Positions 27,395 through 31,438 of a DNA stretch of 31,438 nucleotides are shown here, piece by piece. The notes below the pieces were generated by a model. The model did no database searches. It was not told the DNA's origin and saw only the letters and a list, made by a program, of their open reading frames with translations. The first letter of the stretch is position 1; each line of letters opens with the position of its first letter. The stretch is from positions 1 through 31,438 of the forward strand of contig JAFVOV010000067.1 in NCBI GenBank assembly GCA_017505675.1. Reading direction: 5' to 3'. Both the position numbers and the translations under genes were made by a program. The stretch is from Clostridia bacterium (lineage in GTDB: Bacteria > Bacillota > Clostridia > Christensenellales > Borkfalkiaceae).

Positions 27395-27429
27395 AGTATA
27401 ACAAAAAGGCGGGCGTTTGTCAACGCCCG
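27395..27429 (-). promoter_or_regulatory. sigmaA promoter overlapping a terminator hairpin
   Basis: Minus-strand TTGACA (27423-27418), 17 nt, TATACT (27400-27395). The -35 covers the loop and adjacent stem bases of the cgggcgtt/aacgcccg hairpin (27410-27429), which is followed by a U tract on the minus strand. Confidence 0.6.
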
Positions 27430-27441
27430 ACCAAAGTTTTA

Positions 27442-27960
27442 TTATTCACTTTTATCAAAAGGATTTTTATGAACGAAAAACACGCTTATAGCCGTGCCTA
27501 TAATTACACCTATCAAACCTTGAACAAGATTTCCGGGGATACTTGCCGCGGCGGCTATGCCTTCACCCATAATAAGGCAAGCGTATAAAAAATACCCCGC
27601 AACCATTATTAGTTCAGCAACAATACCACCTAATATCAACGCCGGCAAATTTTTATTAAAGGCTTTTTTAATAACTATAAATATTAAATATGCAACAACC
27701 GCCATAGTTGCTTTTATTATAAGCGTTGCAGGCGCGTAAATAACGTAACCCGTTAAAATATCCGCAAGCGCCGAGCCAAGCCCTGCTGATATAGCGCCGA
27801 GTAAAGGACCTAAAATAAACGCGGAAAAAAGAACCACGGCATCACCCAAATTAACGTAACCGCTCATAGGTGATGGAATTTGTATAACTATAGTTGCAAG
27901 CGCCGTTAAAGCAGTAAGCATAGCGCATATAACAAGTTTTTTTGTGTTTATAACTGCCAT
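27442..27960 (-). CDS. ECF transporter substrate-binding S component (HmpT/PdxU2-like)
   Basis: GYVNLGDAVV, GLGSALADILTGYVIYAPATLIIK, PGNLVQG; multiple TM helices. Confidence 0.85.
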   Translation of the reverse strand: MAVINTKKLVICAMLTALTALATIVIQIPSPMSGYVNLGDAVVLFSAFILGPLLGAISAGLGSALADILTGYVIYAPATLIIKATMAVVAYLIFIVIKKAFNKNLPALILGGIVAELIMVAGYFLYACLIMGEGIAAAASIPGNLVQGLIGVIIGTAISVFFVHKNPFDKSE

Positions 27961-27970
27961 AATAATTCTC

Positions 27971-28648
27971 CTATAAAATTTTATTTATTTCGCTTAAACT
28001 TTCTATGGTAAAATTCGGTTTAATTTCTATTGACGGCGCGGTTTTATTATGATTATACCAAACTGTAAATATCCCGCACAAAAGACCGCCCTTTATATCT
28101 GCGCTAATAGAATCCCCTATCAAAGCGGTTTCACTTGGCAAAACGCCTTTTAGTGCCTTAAAAACCCCGTCAAAAAACCTTTTATCGGGTTTTTGATAGC
28201 CTAACTTTTCAGAAAGGAAAAAATCTGTAAAATAATCAAACATACCTGCAATTTTAAGCCTGTTTATTTGCTGGTCGCTCATTCCGTTACTCGCCGCGTA
28301 AAGTTTATATTTTACAGATAAATATTTAAGCATATCCATAGCGCCGTCAACGGCAATTGCAGAATTAAAGAGTTCTTTTCTAAATTCCGTTTCTATCTTT
28401 TCCGCATTAAAATCAATATCAAGCGCGCTAAACACGCGCTTAAAACGAATTTTGAAAAGTTCTTCTCTAGTAAGAGTTCCGTTTTCAATCTCTTGCCAAA
28501 GAGAATCGTTAATCTTTAAAAAAATCGGGGCGTATTCTTCTTTATAATTAATTCCATATTTAATAAACGCATTTTTAACCGCGAGCGGGGCGCACTTATG
28601 AAAGTCTAATAAAGTGTTATCGATATCAATTAAAACGGCTTTTATCAT
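27971..28648 (-). CDS. HAD-IA hydrolase, YjjG-like pyrimidine 5'-nucleotidase
   Basis: DIDNTLLDF, ASNG, KPDKRFF, IGDSISADIKGG motifs. Confidence 0.85.
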   Translation of the reverse strand: MIKAVLIDIDNTLLDFHKCAPLAVKNAFIKYGINYKEEYAPIFLKINDSLWQEIENGTLTREELFKIRFKRVFSALDIDFNAEKIETEFRKELFNSAIAVDGAMDMLKYLSVKYKLYAASNGMSDQQINRLKIAGMFDYFTDFFLSEKLGYQKPDKRFFDGVFKALKGVLPSETALIGDSISADIKGGLLCGIFTVWYNHNKTAPSIEIKPNFTIESLSEINKIL

Positions 28649-28780
28649 ACCTTTCCCCTTTTGTAAATAATATACTCTTTAACTAATATATTAGTCAAGC
28701 AAATTAAACTAAAAAAATAGAAGGAATAATCGTTTTTAATTATCCCTTCTATTAAAATTTTTTATCATTTAATTTAACTT

Positions 28781-29695
28781 TTAACCTAAACTTTCAATGT
28801 AAATGCAAGCGTTGGTTGCCGCAACTGCGCCGTCGCCAACCGCAGTAGAAACTTGCCTTACCGCTTTAGTTCTACAATCCCCTGCCACGAACAAACCTTC
28901 CGTTTTGGTTTTGCAAGTTTCGTCAGCAACGATATAACCCATATTATCAAGGTCAGCCAAATTTGCAAACGCTTTGTTATCAGGCACTTGACCTATCGCA
29001 ACGAATACCGCTGGGATTTCGTGACGCAAGATATTGCCGTCTTTATCCTTATATTCGATAGCGGTGAGTTCGTCTTCACCGATAAAGTCAATAACGCTGG
29101 TATTAGGTCTCCATTCGATATTATCTTTTGCTAAAAGCGCTTTAACGTGCGCCTTATCGCCAAAGAACTTATCAAAGAGCGTATAAATATAAACCTTTTT
29201 GCAGTAACTTGAAAGCAACAAACTGTACTGTAACGCCGTGTTCGCGTCGCCGATAATAGCAACTTCTCTATCCTTATAGAAAGGACCGTCGCAAATAGCG
29301 CAGTAATAAACGCCCCTACCAACTAAATCTTCTCTATCGGATTTAGTGCGCAAATGTTTGTGCTTAACGCCCGACGCAATAATCACGCTTTTAGCGGAAT
29401 ATTCATTATATTCGGTTTTAACGGTAAAGTCACCTTCACCGTTCTTTATAATTTCCGTTACCTTTTCAATTTCCACTTCCGCGCCAAGCGAAGTTATTTG
29501 GTCAAAAAGGTTATCAGCAAACTTTTCACCGCTAATTTCTTTTATAGACGGATAATTTTCCAGCCTTGGGGACATTGCAATTTGCCCGCCCAAACTTTCA
29601 CTTTCTAAAACCAAAACCGTTTTATTGTTTCTTAAAGCGTATAGCGCGGAAGTCATCCCTGCCGCGCCTGCGCCTATTACTATAATATCGTACAT
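28781..29695 (-). CDS. trxB: Thioredoxin-disulfide reductase
   Basis: YDIIVIGAGAAG, GRGVYYCAICDG (CxxC), AIIGDANTA, GLFVAGD. Start moved from 29752 to ATG 29695, 1 nt after the nrdD stop. Confidence 0.93.
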   Translation of the reverse strand: MYDIIVIGAGAAGMTSALYALRNNKTVLVLESESLGGQIAMSPRLENYPSIKEISGEKFADNLFDQITSLGAEVEIEKVTEIIKNGEGDFTVKTEYNEYSAKSVIIASGVKHKHLRTKSDREDLVGRGVYYCAICDGPFYKDREVAIIGDANTALQYSLLLSSYCKKVYIYTLFDKFFGDKAHVKALLAKDNIEWRPNTSVIDFIGEDELTAIEYKDKDGNILRHEIPAVFVAIGQVPDNKAFANLADLDNMGYIVADETCKTKTEGLFVAGDCRTKAVRQVSTAVGDGAVAATNACIYIESLG

Positions 29696-29696
29696 A

Positions 29697-31438
29697 CTAA
29701 TTTCTGCTCTCAATGAATTTTCTAATTTCACTTGCGTTGTCGTAAGCGTCAAAACCGTTACCGTTAGGAACTAAAAGCGTGGGCGCTTTCTTTACGCCGT
29801 ACTTTAAAGTCGTTTCCTTATCTTCTTCAGCGTTGATTACGGTATATTTAACACCTGCTTTATCAAGCATCATTTTGCTAGTTTTGCAGTTAGGACATCC
29901 GTTTCTAGTGAAAAGAACGGGGCCGTCAAGTTCTGCCACTACGCTTTCTTTTTTACATTCGCAAGCGTCACTTTCTTTAGCGGTAAATTTAGAGTTCGTA
30001 ATATCGTAAACTTTTCTATCTTCAAATTCCTTTCTCTTACCGTCGTTCCAGTTTTGGATAGGACGATAATACCCTGTAATTCTAGAGTAAACTTCGGTCT
30101 TCTTTCCACAGGTCGGGCATTCGTAAACTTCGCCCGCAATATAGCCGTGGTCAGCGCAAACAGAATAAGTCGGTGACATTGTGTAGTACGGAAGTTTATA
30201 ATTTTCCGCTATCTTTCTTACCAAGTTTGCAGCGCTCTTCCAGTCGGGAAGTTTTTGACCCAAGAACGCGTGGAATACCGTACCTGAAGTATAAAGCGTT
30301 TGTAAATCGTCTTGAATATCAAGCGCAGAGAAAATATCATCAGTATATCCAACGGGCAAGTGAGAACTGTTGGTGTAGTATGGCGCGTTATCGTTATCAG
30401 ATGCCGTGATAATATCAGGGTATCTCTTCTTGTCGTGTTTAGCAAGCCTAAACGAAGTTGATTCTGCTGGCGTTGCTTCCAAGTTGTAAAGGTCGCCGTA
30501 AAGTTCTTGATAATCGGAAAGTTTGTTTCTCATAAAGTTCAATACGTCTTTAGTGAAACTTTGCGCTTCTGCGTTGGTTAAATCTTTCTTGAGCCATTTT
30601 GCGTTAAGGCACGCTTCGTTCATACCAACTAAACCGATAGTTGAGAAGTGGTTATTGAACGTTCCCAAATATCTCTTGGTGTACGGGTAAAGCCCTGCTT
30701 CCAAAAGTTTGGTAACGGTATCTCTTTTAACCTTTAACGAACGCGCAGAGATATCCATCATCTTCTTTAATCTTTCATAGAATTCTTCTTCATTGTTAGA
30801 AAGATAAGCAATTCTAGGCATATTTATGGTAACTACGCCGATAGAACCGGTGCTTTCACCACTACCGAAGAAACCGCCGGATTTTTTGCGGAGTTCACGA
30901 AGGTCAAGCCTTAAACGACAGCACATAGAACGAACGTCGCTCGGTTCCATATCACTGTTGATGTAGTTAGAAAAATACGGAGTGCCGTATTTAGCAGTCA
31001 TTTCAAAAAGGAGTTTGTTGTTTTCCGTTTCCGACCAGTCAAAATTAGAAGTAATAGAATATGTCGGAATAGGATACTGGAATCCCCTGCCGTTTGCGTC
31101 GCCTTCAATCATAATTTCGATAAACGCTTTGTTTATCATAGCCATTTCTTCAACGCAATCTTTATATTTAAAGTCCATTTCCTTTCCGCCGACGATAGCG
31201 TTCATTTCAGCAAGGTCGTTAGGAACTACCCAGTCAAGAGTAATGTTGGTAAACGGTGACTGCGTACCCCATCTTGAAGGAGTATTTACGCCGTAAATAA
31301 ACGACTGAATACATTGTTTAACTTCTTTATAGGTAAGGTTATCAACCTTAACGAACGGAGCAAGATAAGTATCGAAAGACGAGAACGCCTGCGCGCCCGC
31401 CCATTCGATTTGCATAATGCCCAAGAACTTTACCAATA
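29697..31438 (-). CDS. nrdD: Class III (anaerobic) ribonucleoside-triphosphate reductase with fused C-terminal glutaredoxin/NrdH-like domain; 5' part outside window
   Basis: WAGAQAFSSFDTYL, SMCCRL, STGSIGVVTINM, EATPAEST, Zn-finger CADH..CPTC, glycyl-radical motif YSRITGYY, then LFTRNGCPNCK...KAPTL redoxin domain. Confidence 0.95.
   Translation of the reverse strand, partial: LVKFLGIMQIEWAGAQAFSSFDTYLAPFVKVDNLTYKEVKQCIQSFIYGVNTPSRWGTQSPFTNITLDWVVPNDLAEMNAIVGGKEMDFKYKDCVEEMAMINKAFIEIMIEGDANGRGFQYPIPTYSITSNFDWSETENNKLLFEMTAKYGTPYFSNYINSDMEPSDVRSMCCRLRLDLRELRKKSGGFFGSGESTGSIGVVTINMPRIAYLSNNEEEFYERLKKMMDISARSLKVKRDTVTKLLEAGLYPYTKRYLGTFNNHFSTIGLVGMNEACLNAKWLKKDLTNAEAQSFTKDVLNFMRNKLSDYQELYGDLYNLEATPAESTSFRLAKHDKKRYPDIITASDNDNAPYYTNSSHLPVGYTDDIFSALDIQDDLQTLYTSGTVFHAFLGQKLPDWKSAANLVRKIAENYKLPYYTMSPTYSVCADHGYIAGEVYECPTCGKKTEVYSRITGYYRPIQNWNDGKRKEFEDRKVYDITNSKFTAKESDACECKKESVVAELDGPVLFTRNGCPNCKTSKMMLDKAGVKYTVINAEEDKETTLKYGVKKAPTLLVPNGNGFDAYDNASEIRKFIESRN

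Noticed and set aside
3898-31296. Numerous short antisense or overlapping ORFs (e.g. 3898-4209, 13307-13594, 18434-18928, 26622-27059, 30982-31296)
   Set aside because: They lie within or opposite well-supported genes and have no recognisable motifs.
31395-31438. nrdD reads VKF...QIEWAGAQ where I recall VNF...QNEWAGAQ as typical
   Set aside because: Two single-base differences at the very edge of the window; could be divergence or low-quality sequence, and cannot be resolved without reads.

Overview
AT-rich bacterial chromosomal DNA. Gene content (SCIFF/ranthipeptide genes, ECF S component, TIGR03905, DUF4364, lipoprotein ABC transporter) points to an anaerobic Clostridia-type Firmicute; the taxonomy is inference. 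Left half (1-15.9 kb): an accessory carbohydrate-utilisation-type locus on the minus strand, divergent from an AraC regulator. It encodes a sugar ABC transporter (binding protein plus two permeases, no ATPase) and two paralogous unclassified TIM-barrel glycosidase-like proteins (one lipoprotein, one cytoplasmic). It also encodes three large secreted or membrane-anchored beta-sandwich proteins. One of these is missing from the ORF track, and one has a receptor-like cytoplasmic tail. A stand-alone GIY-YIG nuclease flanked by related palindromic repeats interrupts the locus. Right half (16-31.4 kb): mostly housekeeping genes (typA, NUDIX, dtd, nrdG, proA, ECF-S, HAD nucleotidase, trxB), the scfA/scfB ranthipeptide pair (scfA is not in the ORF track), and a class III ribonucleotide reductase with a fused C-terminal redoxin domain coupled to trxB. 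No rRNA, tRNA, CRISPR array or transposase was recognised. All family assignments are by-eye motif recognition, not database searches.
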